From the IMG/VR virus record IMGVR_UViG_3300027283_000004, positions 1-38,028 of that record: a stretch of DNA of 38,028 bases; one strand, written 5' to 3'. Position numbers and translations under genes: made by a program. Below the pieces are notes generated by a model, which was not told the origin of the DNA, did not search any database, and was given only the letters and a program-made list of their open reading frames with translations. The DNA comes from a virus. Lineage: Duplodnaviria; Caudoviricetes. Position 1 is the stretch's first letter. Each line of letters opens with the position of its first letter. Shown in pieces: positions 7,885-17,374 of this stretch.

Positions 7885-9773
7885 CAGGTAGCCTCCGCTG
7901 CTAGATCAATGCCGCCTTGGATACCGACCGGGGAGAGTAGTGACGCGGTGATCGTGTGCTCAATCGTATCCGGGGCCAGCGGCTGGAGCGTCAGTTCGAC
8001 CTTGGTCAAAACCGGGTCGTCGCCGCGCCAGATTGGGAGGAAATTGGTCGTGTAGTCCGGCCTGAGGTAGGCAAGCTGCTCGTCCGTCTGCATGGTGACA
8101 GACGATGACACCACAAAGCTGTCGGCCGTGATTCCAGTCAGGCCCAGCAGCCCCGGCGGAATCTGGTCTGACCAATCTGCGAGGATCACGGGCGCCTCCA
8201 GGCCGAACCACAGCGGGGCACCGGGCGCCCAAATGTAGCCTGGGGTGACGTACCCGGTTGCCACATAGCCATTATCCTCTGTCGGCGGCTCCGGCAGTGT
8301 TGGGGCAATACCGACAGAGACGCCCAGGACGACGCGTATTTCCTCCGCACCATTGCCTTTGACAATCTCCAGGTCGATCACTTTGCCCGTCGCCTGCCCC
8401 CCAGGTAGCCGGGGCGAGGTGATGGTGACCGCCTTTGCGGTAGTCAGCGCGAGGCCGGCACGAGGCAGGCCCGGCAGTCTGAACGACACCTCGATACATC
8501 TTTGCGATGCAATAATGCGGGTGGCCGCGATCTGAAAAGCGTGGGCCGCCGCCTGCTTGCCCCGGTCGGTGAGAAAAAAACTGCCGCGCATCGGGTCGCC
8601 AATGGGTGGGATGGGATCATCGCTAGGGGTGACGATACCCGGCCCAAACACAACCGACGCAGCCCCTTGAACGGCCGGGGCGTCGTCGGTTCCTCCCGCG
8701 ATGTCGGGGAGCCTGACGGAAAGCTCCTCTGCCTCTGGCGATATCTGCCCCACGTCCTGCGCCAAGCCTTCGACGCGGCAAACTACCCGCTCGACGCGCC
8801 GACCTGAGAACGACCAGGACACAGACATCTCCGGCCGGTACGCCTGCAATAGCATGACGGCGGACGGCCCGGAGACAGACCGCGACCCTGACGACCCAGC
8901 AGACAGCGGGCGCCAAAGGGAATACCAGGGGATCAGGCTGTACGGCTTGACGACCTTTGTTGCCAGAGAGCCAATCTCCGAGGATTTCGGAATATAGCCG
9001 GGGTACTGCGGTATGAGGTTGGTGCTCTGGACGACATACCCGCCCTCCAGGTCCTCACCCTCGCGCCACCAGCGCGTGGCAAAGTGCGACGGAGGCGAGG
9101 CGGTCTTGATCGTCGGCCCGTGAGTGCGGCGCAGATATTCGCCCAGGTCGATTGTCCCGTTTCCGCGCTGCGTCCACTGCGCCTCTACGGTCACGTCAAC
9201 GTGCGGGATGGGGGCGCCCGTCGCCACATACTCGACAGAGTCCCCGTCAATCAGGGCCTGATCCAGCAGCACCGGGGGATCGCCGTCTCCGCTGATAATG
9301 TGGGTGGTTGTAATCGCCCCGGTGGTTTGGTCCACATACAGGGCGCGCGGCCAGCCGTCCAAGACCTCCACAGGGTCGGCGTCGTTTTCGACGTCGTGGT
9401 ACAGAGGGTCGTAGCCGGGAGCAACCTTGAGCGGCGCCAATGCTTCGGTGATGGCGGCTCTGGTATCAACGGGACGGCAGTCCAGTTCCAGATCCGCGAA
9501 GTACCCGCCGGATGAGGCCGGGCCCGCGATGACGCGACCGTAGAACCGGGGAACCGGGGGGCCGTCGTCGTCAGGCACCGCGACAATCCACGCATAGGAC
9601 GGCTGGCCAGGGGCGAGCAGTCCAGCGGATGGGCGCTCCAGCGTGACATAGGCTGCGCCCTCATGCCCCTCGGACTGGACAATGCGGATTGCCCGCACGC
9701 CCTCGCCGGGCAACAGGGCATCCGACCAGGGCGTGCCGGCGGCAACCCATACGACATGGACCGGAGTCGGCAT
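7884..9773 (-). CDS. Large tail tip / baseplate hub-like protein
   Basis: About 630 aa, second gene after the tape measure; TGATG coupling at the start; function inferred from position. Confidence 0.65.
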   Translation of the reverse strand: MPTPVHVVWVAAGTPWSDALLPGEGVRAIRIVQSEGHEGAAYVTLERPSAGLLAPGQPSYAWIVAVPDDDGPPVPRFYGRVIAGPASSGGYFADLELDCRPVDTRAAITEALAPLKVAPGYDPLYHDVENDADPVEVLDGWPRALYVDQTTGAITTTHIISGDGDPPVLLDQALIDGDSVEYVATGAPIPHVDVTVEAQWTQRGNGTIDLGEYLRRTHGPTIKTASPPSHFATRWWREGEDLEGGYVVQSTNLIPQYPGYIPKSSEIGSLATKVVKPYSLIPWYSLWRPLSAGSSGSRSVSGPSAVMLLQAYRPEMSVSWSFSGRRVERVVCRVEGLAQDVGQISPEAEELSVRLPDIAGGTDDAPAVQGAASVVFGPGIVTPSDDPIPPIGDPMRGSFFLTDRGKQAAAHAFQIAATRIIASQRCIEVSFRLPGLPRAGLALTTAKAVTITSPRLPGGQATGKVIDLEIVKGNGAEEIRVVLGVSVGIAPTLPEPPTEDNGYVATGYVTPGYIWAPGAPLWFGLEAPVILADWSDQIPPGLLGLTGITADSFVVSSSVTMQTDEQLAYLRPDYTTNFLPIWRGDDPVLTKVELTLQPLAPDTIEHTITASLLSPVGIQGGIDLAAEAT

Positions 9774-10216
9774 CAGATTTCCTCCAACCAGGCTTCCCAA
9801 TCCATGTCCGCGCGCCACTCCGCAAACGCCTGATTCCAGCGGATAAGGCGCATGTCCAGCACTGGCCGGTACGCGATCAAGCCCTCTTGCACGGTGCGCG
9901 TGGAGCCGGCCACGGCGGGCCGTTCAGGGGTGCCGGCCGTGAATAACTCGATAGCGCACCCGACGCGCACCGGCAGGCCCGGCCACACGCCGCCAAGCGA
10001 CGGTGGGCGAGTGATCGAGCACGACAGGCGAAGGGAGTATTTGCGGTACCTTGTGACGTGCCGGAGCGCGTGCAGGGTGTCGCGGTAAGGCTCCCCTCCG
10101 GCGTCCACCGGGGTGAGTTCGTGACTCACCCCGATGGCGCTGTACGGCGGGAATACGATGCCGGCGCTTCCGGTAAAGCCGGGAATCGGCTCGATGGTCA
10201 GGAGACTTTCCGTCAT
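9773..10216 (-). CDS. Distal tail (Dit-like) protein
   Basis: 147 aa gene directly after the tape measure; function inferred from position. Confidence 0.6.
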   Translation of the reverse strand: MTESLLTIEPIPGFTGSAGIVFPPYSAIGVSHELTPVDAGGEPYRDTLHALRHVTRYRKYSLRLSCSITRPPSLGGVWPGLPVRVGCAIELFTAGTPERPAVAGSTRTVQEGLIAYRPVLDMRLIRWNQAFAEWRADMDWEAWLEEI

Positions 10217-13200
10217 CCCCGCGTCCTCCCTGCGCCGTAGTGTCGAGGCTGCCGCCCCAGGCCGCCTGTCAATCGCTCAAGGCGCTGCGCCTCCGGTTCG
10301 GCCGCCGTCACCTGATAGGACTCGCCGCCGATGTTGAGCGTGATCGGACGGCCACCGCCACCCATGCCTGCGAAGTCCGGCATGGGTCCCATACTCGGCA
10401 TCGGCAGGCCCGACACCAGCCGGTCGCCAAGACCGGAAATCAGGCCGCCGGTTGCGAACTTGGGCAGCCGCATGGCGTTGAGGCGCTGGAGAAAGTTGAC
10501 GCCGTACTCGCGCACTGCCCGCGCCTTGACGACAAATTCCCCATTGGACAGCCGCGCAAGGATGCTGTCCGAGGTGCCCGTGCCGGGGCCGGTGATTTGG
10601 CCGCCGCCCTTATAGCCAGGCGCGCTGGCTGCACTGCTACCACCGCCACCGGCGCCGGCCGACGCCATGGCCTTCCCAGCCTTGGCCGCCGACGCCGCCA
10701 GCGTGTTGAATGCCGCAGCCGTCGCCAGGGCGCCACCCTTGGCCGCCTCCATGCCCTGCCGGATGGCGTCGAGGCCGGTGATAGCCTGCGACACGTCCAG
10801 CACCACACGCATGGCCGCCAGGGACGCTTCGGCCGCCTTGATCTGCGCTACCTGGGCCTGGACGATGGCAAGCTGAGACTGCGCCGCCGCCGCCTGCTTG
10901 CCGGCCGCATCAGCCGCCTTCGTCTCGGCCGCGATGATGCCGTCTGCGGCTTCTTGGATCAGGCCCTTGGCAAACTCTGCCGTCTGCTGCGCAACTGCGA
11001 TAGCCCGCTTTGACGCGCCGCCGGAACGGGCGTTCTCGATGGCGTCGGATGCGATTTCCTCGGCCAGGACCTGGGCCTTCTCATACTCGCCAGCGGCAAG
11101 CAGCGCGGACGCCTCGGCCTTCTTGTTTTGGATATCGGCTTCACGGGCCTGATATTGCTTCTTGGGCGATAGGCCTTCGATCTCCAGGTCACGCAACGAA
11201 CTGTCGATGGCCGCGATCCGGTCCTTGGCGTCCTGCGCCGCCGCAACCGCCGCATCCCGCCCGCGCTTTTCCTCGGCAATCAGGCGGTCCACGGACGCCG
11301 ACAGCGCCGCTTCCCGCTCGGCATTGATCTTGCCCATGTCGGCCAGCATGTCGCGTTGCAGGCTGGTCGTATCCTGCCCGGCCTGCTCGGCAAGGCGGAT
11401 GGCCGTCGAGTAGTAGGACCGCACCGCCTGGCCGGACTGCCGCGCCCATAGACCGATGGCCGCCGCCTTGTCACGCTCGGCCTTCTTGACGGTGTCTGCC
11501 TCGGCGCGGATGCGGTCGGCCTGGGATTGCTCCTTGCCCGCCTCGCGTTGCGCCTCTGTGGTCCTGTCGATGGCCGCAAGCTGCGCGGCAAGGGCTTCGT
11601 CGGACACTTCCCGCAGACCGGTGTACGCGTCCTTCATCGAGCCAATGGCTTTTTCGACAGCGGCCCCGGCGTTCTTCGCGGCATCGGCCTGAAGCGCGAG
11701 GTTGCGAAGGGTGGCTTCCTCCTGCTCGGTCAACTCCTCACCGATGGCGACCAGCTTTTCGCGGGCGTCGGTGACGGCCTTATCTACAGCCTCGATCTTC
11801 CGCCGCTCGTCGGTAGAGGCGCGGGATAGGGTGATCTCCTTCTCAAGCGCGCCCTGCACTTCGGCCAGGGCATTTGCGCGCCGCTGGGTCGCGGCGGCGG
11901 CTTCGACGGCGGCCTCTTGGGCAGCGGCCGAGACGGTCTTGATGCTGTCCGCAGCCGCGTCGGCGGCCTCAGTGGCACCCTCGACGGACTCGTCAACAGT
12001 CAAGCCGATGGCCCGCTTGAGGTCGTCCCAATCGACCACGAGGGCGGCAACAACCGCGCCCAACAGGACGATTCCGCCGATGATGAGGCCAACAGGGTTG
12101 GCGTACATGGCGATATTGACGGCCGCCACAGCAGCGCGCAACGCAACCAGGCGAGCGGACAGTGCGATTGCGCCCGCCTTCAAGGTGGTAAACCCGGTGA
12201 CGGCAAAGGCAACACCCTTGGACATGAGGCCAAGGGCGATCAGGAACGGACCAATGGTGGCGGCCAGGGCGGCAAGGCCGCTGGCAACCGCCATGACGAC
12301 CAGCGGCGCATCGGCCATCCAGCGGACAAACTCCGTGACCGCGATAGTCACGACCGTGAACGCCCCCAGCAGGCCGCTATCACCAATAGCGATCATCAGG
12401 TCGCCCATTGCGGATAGCAGGCCCAGCACGCCAGCTTTGGCGCCACGATTCATCTTTTCGGCCATCGTCTCGGTGGCGCCATCGACCGCCAACAGCCCTT
12501 GCTCCATATCAGCCAGGGCCTTGGAGCCGCCGCCAATCAGGGCGATCATCTTTCGCCCTGCTTCTTCGCCGAAGATCTTCAGCGCGGCAGCGGCATCAAC
12601 GCCTCCATCGGTCAGCTTTTGCAGAATCTCGGACATGGGCAACAGATTGCCGTCAACGCCCCGAAGGTCGCTGATCTTGAGACCAAGCTCCGCAAGTCCG
12701 TCGCGGACCTCCTTGGTCGGCTTAAGTAGGCGAGACAGCCCCCCCGCGAAAGCGGTGGACGCGACTTCGCCGACGATGCCGTTATTGGCGAACACGGCCA
12801 GGGTGGCTACGGTGCTTTCCAGGCTGTAACCAACGGCAGCGGCGGCTGGGCCAGCATCGCGCATTGCCGCAGCAAGGTCTTTGATGTCGGCGCTAGAATC
12901 GACGGCAGCCTGGGCGAGAACATCGTTGACGCGGCCAAGATCGTCCACGCCAAGCCGGAAGCCAGCGATGATTTTGGTGGAGATTTCCGCCGCCTCGGCA
13001 AGCTGCAATTCACCAGCAGCCGCAAGCTGGAGCGTCTTGGGCAGCGCACTCAGGGCTTGATCCACGGTCAGGCCGGCCGCACCCAACAGGGTGAATGCGT
13101 CTGCCGCCTGGGTCGCGGTAAACTTCGTGCTAGCACCCAGGTCCTTGACGGTGTCGCGGATCTGCGCAAACTGCGCTTCGGTCGGGTTGACGATTGCATT

Positions 13201-14220
13201 AATGCGGTTCATCGCCGTTTCGAAGTCGGCAGCAGTCTTGAGGGTGAAGCCGCCGGCCGCGACGATGGGCGCGGTCACGCCAAGGGACATGGACTGCCCG
13301 ATGCGTGTGAACGATTCTCCGATCTTGGCCGCACTCGCCTGGATGCGCTCCAGACGGCTCGGGATGGCGGCAAGCCGACCATCCAGGCGGCCGACCTCGG
13401 CGTCCATCTTCTTCCACGCCGCCATAAGCTGCTCAGCCGTCGCTTCGCCGCTGTCGCGGATGCGCTCATAGGCTTCGATGTAGGCCGCACGCTGCGCCTG
13501 AACTTGCTTGGTGCTGGTGACGCCAAGAGTCCGGTACGCCTCCGCCGTGTCCGCTGCGGCCTTCTCGGCCTCAGCGGCAGCCTTAGCGGCCTCATCGACA
13601 ACGCCCTGCGTATCGATCTCAATATCCAGGCGATTAACCGCTTCGGACATCTTCTGCCACGCCGCATAGACTTGCCCGGCGGTGGCGTTGGCATCGGCCT
13701 TGATTCGCTCGTAGGCCTCGATATAGGCGCGCTTTTGGTCCTCAGCCGACGCAACAGACGTGATGTCGAGCTTCTGGTACGCCGCCGCCGTGGCTTCGGC
13801 AGCCTTCTCCGCAGCGTCGGATATTCCCTGAGTATCGATCTCGATATCAAGGCGGCTGACGGCCTGAGACATCTTCTGCCACGCGGCGTAAATTTGCCCG
13901 GCGGTGGCCGTGCCGCTGTCGCGGATCTTCTCGTATGCGGAAACGTAGGCCGCGCGCTGCTCCGCCGCCGACTTGGAGGACGTGACGCCCAGCTTCTTAT
14001 AGGCGCCCTCCAACTCGGCAGCCTCGACCGCCGCCTTGGCCTGGGCGTCCATCTGAGCGCGCAGGGCCTGCGAGGCGACTGATGCAGCGGCACCGAACTT
14101 GCCCACAGCCTTCTGAATGTCCTCAAACGCCTTGCGACCAGACGCACCGATCTTCTGGAGCGAGGCGGCCACGTCATCGCCGCCGGCAATGGACGTTTTC
14201 AGCAGGAAGTCGCGGGACAT
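10213..14220 (-). CDS. Tail tape measure protein (TP901-type core)
   Basis: About 1335 aa, Ala-rich and helical; FETAMNRI..LGASTKFTATQAA core; TM segments; C-terminal GGQITGPGTGTSDSILARLSNGEFVV. AAGGAG precedes ATG 14220. Confidence 0.96.
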   Translation of the reverse strand: MSRDFLLKTSIAGGDDVAASLQKIGASGRKAFEDIQKAVGKFGAAASVASQALRAQMDAQAKAAVEAAELEGAYKKLGVTSSKSAAEQRAAYVSAYEKIRDSGTATAGQIYAAWQKMSQAVSRLDIEIDTQGISDAAEKAAEATAAAYQKLDITSVASAEDQKRAYIEAYERIKADANATAGQVYAAWQKMSEAVNRLDIEIDTQGVVDEAAKAAAEAEKAAADTAEAYRTLGVTSTKQVQAQRAAYIEAYERIRDSGEATAEQLMAAWKKMDAEVGRLDGRLAAIPSRLERIQASAAKIGESFTRIGQSMSLGVTAPIVAAGGFTLKTAADFETAMNRINAIVNPTEAQFAQIRDTVKDLGASTKFTATQAADAFTLLGAAGLTVDQALSALPKTLQLAAAGELQLAEAAEISTKIIAGFRLGVDDLGRVNDVLAQAAVDSSADIKDLAAAMRDAGPAAAAVGYSLESTVATLAVFANNGIVGEVASTAFAGGLSRLLKPTKEVRDGLAELGLKISDLRGVDGNLLPMSEILQKLTDGGVDAAAALKIFGEEAGRKMIALIGGGSKALADMEQGLLAVDGATETMAEKMNRGAKAGVLGLLSAMGDLMIAIGDSGLLGAFTVVTIAVTEFVRWMADAPLVVMAVASGLAALAATIGPFLIALGLMSKGVAFAVTGFTTLKAGAIALSARLVALRAAVAAVNIAMYANPVGLIIGGIVLLGAVVAALVVDWDDLKRAIGLTVDESVEGATEAADAAADSIKTVSAAAQEAAVEAAAATQRRANALAEVQGALEKEITLSRASTDERRKIEAVDKAVTDAREKLVAIGEELTEQEEATLRNLALQADAAKNAGAAVEKAIGSMKDAYTGLREVSDEALAAQLAAIDRTTEAQREAGKEQSQADRIRAEADTVKKAERDKAAAIGLWARQSGQAVRSYYSTAIRLAEQAGQDTTSLQRDMLADMGKINAEREAALSASVDRLIAEEKRGRDAAVAAAQDAKDRIAAIDSSLRDLEIEGLSPKKQYQAREADIQNKKAEASALLAAGEYEKAQVLAEEIASDAIENARSGGASKRAIAVAQQTAEFAKGLIQEAADGIIAAETKAADAAGKQAAAAQSQLAIVQAQVAQIKAAEASLAAMRVVLDVSQAITGLDAIRQGMEAAKGGALATAAAFNTLAASAAKAGKAMASAGAGGGGSSAASAPGYKGGGQITGPGTGTSDSILARLSNGEFVVKARAVREYGVNFLQRLNAMRLPKFATGGLISGLGDRLVSGLPMPSMGPMPDFAGMGGGGRPITLNIGGESYQVTAAEPEAQRLERLTGGLGRQPRHYGAGRTRG

Positions 14221-14312
14221 GGTCAAAACTCCTTCGCCCCGCTGCCACTGGACAGCGAGGGGTAGGCGCGCCACCATGCGTGGCTGCGCGATCAAGAAGA
14301 GGGGGATTAGCT

Positions 14313-14837
14313 GTGAGTGAGAGTAGTCAGAACCGGCAGGCCGCAGAAGGCTGCCTAATCGTCATTGTGTTAATTGCTATCGTCATCGGCCTACTGAAGG
14401 CCTGCTCCGGGGCTGGTCCTCAGTCGATTGAAGAGGTTAGCAGCAAGATCAGTTTGGTGACGCGCGACAAAGGCGTCGTGACGGTCTACGCCGCCATGTC
14501 CAGCATTGACGGTGGCAACCTCGACGTCACAAGCGCCCTCATAACCGCCCAAGACGTGGCTCGGTGGATGTTTGAGGAAAGACCAGACGAGCACGTCGAT
14601 GTGAACAGTTTAGTTCTACGGGCCGTCGCACAGACTTTAGACCGCTTCGGCAATGCCGGGGAACAACAAGTGTTCTTCCTCGTATTCCGCGCCGCAGACC
14701 TGCGCCGCGTCCAGTGGGACAACATGCCAACATACCGCATCGGAGGCTTGGCTACCGTGACCGTCAACACCTCGCTAGGAGTGCAGATGCTGGCGGACTA
14801 TTGCAAAAAATGGGCCGGCCACGGGCTATGTAGATAG
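14313..14837 (+). CDS. Membrane-anchored moron protein (candidate lipoprotein / superinfection exclusion)
   Basis: GTG start after GAGGGGG; TM CLIVIVLIAIVIGLL followed by KAC; opposite strand to the tail operon; lower GC. Confidence 0.75.
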   Translation: MSESSQNRQAAEGCLIVIVLIAIVIGLLKACSGAGPQSIEEVSSKISLVTRDKGVVTVYAAMSSIDGGNLDVTSALITAQDVARWMFEERPDEHVDVNSLVLRAVAQTLDRFGNAGEQQVFFLVFRAADLRRVQWDNMPTYRIGGLATVTVNTSLGVQMLADYCKKWAGHGLCR

Positions 14838-15731
14838 CCCTTCGCCAACACCTTCCGGCTGCGGCGGCCCACTGCGGCGGTCGGGAAACTGAAGGACTCC
14901 CTGGCCGAAAACCTTTGCCATGTGGTCGCGCACCCACCCGCTGCCCTTCTCCTTCATGAAGCGGTCGGCCAAGTCGCGCGGGTACAGCAACGTGCCGGAG
15001 TGCGGGCACCTGTCCGGCAACACGCCGTTGGAAATCGCGTAGCGCGGCAGATGGTACGCGAACCGGCGGTTGATGGAAGATCGCCCCTTGCTCGGCACTT
15101 TCGCTTTTTCCAAGAGTTCCTTTTGGCTCACCCGACTCAGGGCGGCAACGCGCGGGTCGTTGGCGACCACCAGCGTCTTGACGATATCGGCTGTGTCGAG
15201 CAGCGCCCGCTCAATCTGGCCGATGCGCGAGTCCTGATCCGTAACAGCATCGGACATCAGCCGCATCACCGTCCCGATACCTTCAACGGCCCGCTCGATT
15301 CCCGTCACCTTATGGATGGTGGTACGCACGATACCATCGGTGCGCCGCGCCAATTCACCGACCTCCGGGACAGCAACGCCCCGACCTTCCATGCGCTCGC
15401 GGACCACCGTGTTGCACCACATATGGAACTCGGGCGACAGGTACTTGGCGTAGGCAAGGCCGATCTGCCAGTGGGCGGCAGTGGAGCCCCCAATTCCACG
15501 CCCGCCCTTCGACACCTTGACCAATTGGAGTTGGGAATTTCCCACTTCTATTCCCATCGTCTCGGCCAAAAACTCGATGAAGCGAACAGCATCAGCAGAG
15601 CGCAGCCACTCGGCAGGCTTCCGTGAAGGATCGGCTCCCGCTGCCTTCCACATATCCGTCATGTTCAGCCGTTCTCCGGCCGCGCGAATCTCAGTGTTGT
15701 TGTAATTCAGGACGTGGGTCATATTGCCCAT
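14826..15731 (-). CDS. KilA-N domain protein, antirepressor-like
   Basis: LNMTDMWKAAG..KPAEWLR...GG.T.AHWQIGLAYAKYLSPEFHMW is a KilA-N signature; coiled coil follows; GGAGG precedes ATG 15731. Confidence 0.9.
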   Translation of the reverse strand: MGNMTHVLNYNNTEIRAAGERLNMTDMWKAAGADPSRKPAEWLRSADAVRFIEFLAETMGIEVGNSQLQLVKVSKGGRGIGGSTAAHWQIGLAYAKYLSPEFHMWCNTVVRERMEGRGVAVPEVGELARRTDGIVRTTIHKVTGIERAVEGIGTVMRLMSDAVTDQDSRIGQIERALLDTADIVKTLVVANDPRVAALSRVSQKELLEKAKVPSKGRSSINRRFAYHLPRYAISNGVLPDRCPHSGTLLYPRDLADRFMKEKGSGWVRDHMAKVFGQGVLQFPDRRSGPPQPEGVGEGLST

Positions 15732-15821
15732 GCTAACTGCCTCCATTTCAGGCGGTTGGTAGATCGACCCCGCGCCAACGGGGCCGGTTGGGAGAGCAGG
15801 CGGCGGCTCAGGTTTGGCGAT

Positions 15822-16853
15822 CTACGCCACCGCCTGCTTCACGACCGACAGGTGACGGCCGTTGTTCTTTTTGCCCAGTTCACGGCAGGCCAGGGCCTTC
15901 ATGCGCTGGCAGATGACGTCAAAGGCGACGGGCAGGTTTTCCACCGGCACGAACTCCCGCAGGAAGGTGTAGAGGTTGGTTTCGTTGGCGCCGCTCACGA
16001 CGCAGGCGTCCGGGCCAACAGCCTTGATCTCCATCTTCCCGTCCGAACCGAACGACACCAGATGCCGGTTTTTCGGGTCGAAGCGGGCCGCGTCCACCTG
16101 GGGTGCGGCAATCGCGGGTGCGGCGGTCGCGCGGACAGCCGACAGCATACGCCCCACGATCCTCACCTCTGCGTATTCGCGCGGCCCGCTGCCATAGTAC
16201 CCGCTGGTGTAGTCCACCCAGCCCCGGCGCGGCGACTCCCACCCGGAGTTGCTGCGGCCCTGAGTTTCGGTCAACTGCATCTTGGCGAACTTGCTGCCCA
16301 TCAGGACGACCGCCCAATCGCCATCACGGAGGTCGTAGTCGTTCGTGTCGAAGGTGACGACCTCGCCGCCGATCACTGCGACCGCGACACCTTCCTTGGA
16401 GGCCGCAGGGTGGGCAACCTTCGGGGCAGCCTTCCGCCGGGTATGCGCCTTGACCGGCACCTTCTCCAGTTCCCCCCGGCGCCACGCCATGAACACGGTC
16501 ACGATCTGGTGACGGACGGCGGCGGCGGTCGGCGTGCGGCTGAACATGCACAGCAGGATCGCTTGGCCTTCGTTCAGGTGGTAGGTGGTGACTTCCTGAA
16601 CGCGGCCCTTCCCGCTTGTGATTGGCGAACGCGCCACGTGCACCAATCCATACCGCTCCAGTTCCGCCCGATTCTTGTCGATGATGGCCCGGATGTTGCG
16701 CGGCTGCGCCATGCCCAGAGCGGCGCCAATGTCGGTGTCCTTCATGCGCGGCTCACCGTCGATCACGGCCAGGGCGCCCGGTGAAAAACAGTGCGCTTTT
16801 TCCACAGGAATTCCCGCGCTCTGCGGTATATGGTTGTTCTCAGCCTGTTGCAT
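15822..16853 (-). CDS. Rha/antirepressor-like DNA-binding protein with an S24-like middle domain
   Basis: DGEPRMKDTDIGAALG...YHLNEGQAILLCMFSRTPTAAAVRHQIVTVFMAWR is a Rha-like N-domain. Confidence 0.75.
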   Translation of the reverse strand: MQQAENNHIPQSAGIPVEKAHCFSPGALAVIDGEPRMKDTDIGAALGMAQPRNIRAIIDKNRAELERYGLVHVARSPITSGKGRVQEVTTYHLNEGQAILLCMFSRTPTAAAVRHQIVTVFMAWRRGELEKVPVKAHTRRKAAPKVAHPAASKEGVAVAVIGGEVVTFDTNDYDLRDGDWAVVLMGSKFAKMQLTETQGRSNSGWESPRRGWVDYTSGYYGSGPREYAEVRIVGRMLSAVRATAAPAIAAPQVDAARFDPKNRHLVSFGSDGKMEIKAVGPDACVVSGANETNLYTFLREFVPVENLPVAFDVICQRMKALACRELGKKNNGRHLSVVKQAVA

Positions 16854-16918
16854 GGGTCTTCTCCATGTGTCTGGTTAGGCCCGGCGGCGGTGTTGGTAGC
16901 ACCACGTCGGGCCGATAA

Positions 16919-17074
16919 TTAAGCGGCGTGCTGCGCCACCGATTCAGAGGTGGCCTTCTCGACCAAGCGGCGGACGATTTCTGCCCGGCTCGGAAGATCC
17001 GCCTGCGACCGTCGCAACTCATCCACCTTCCGAACAAACTCATCAGGAACCCGCATCGTGAAAGTCCTCTCCAT
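16919..17074 (-). CDS. Ribbon-helix-helix (Arc/CopG-like) regulator
   Basis: MERTFTMRVPDEFVRKVDELRR...PSRAEIVRRLVE; GGAG SD. Confidence 0.85.
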   Translation of the reverse strand: MERTFTMRVPDEFVRKVDELRRSQADLPSRAEIVRRLVEKATSESVAQHAA

Positions 17075-17093
17075 TAGATTGCTCCGTACCGAT

Positions 17094-17136
17094 GTGCCAC
17101 AAGTGGCAAGGTGCCACTTTCTTTGTGGCACGTCAA
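17094..17136 (-). promoter_or_regulatory. Operator array overlapping a leftward sigma70-like promoter
   Basis: Four TGCCAC/GTGGCA half-sites; 9-bp perfect inverted repeat GTGCCACAA/TTGTGGCAC; minus strand TTGACG-N17-CACCTT. Confidence 0.7.
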
Positions 17137-17185
17137 CGCTTGTGATACATGCCTACTTTTCCCGTTGACGAAGTCGGTGGCAGGA

Positions 17186-17374
17186 ATGGTTGACGCGCAG
17201 AAGACTGAAACCTTTAACATGCGGGTAACACCTGATTTTCTGCGCCTCGTTGACGACTGGCGCCGCGTCCAGGCTGACCTACCCTCCCGCGCGGAAGCTG
17301 TCCGCCGCCTCGTTCTGCGCGGGCTTGAGTGCGAGCAGTCACCGGGCAGTTTGGAAAATGATGGACGAGCCTAA
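17186..17374 (+). CDS. Ribbon-helix-helix regulator
   Basis: TETFNMRVTPDFLRLVDDWRRVQADLPSRAEAVRRLV. Confidence 0.85.
   Translation: MVDAQKTETFNMRVTPDFLRLVDDWRRVQADLPSRAEAVRRLVLRGLECEQSPGSLENDGRA

Noticed and set aside
10240-14082. Long plus-strand ORFs opposite the tape measure gene (e.g. 11702-12829, 13057-14082)
   Set aside because: Antisense shadows of a high-GC gene; no SD or recognisable motifs
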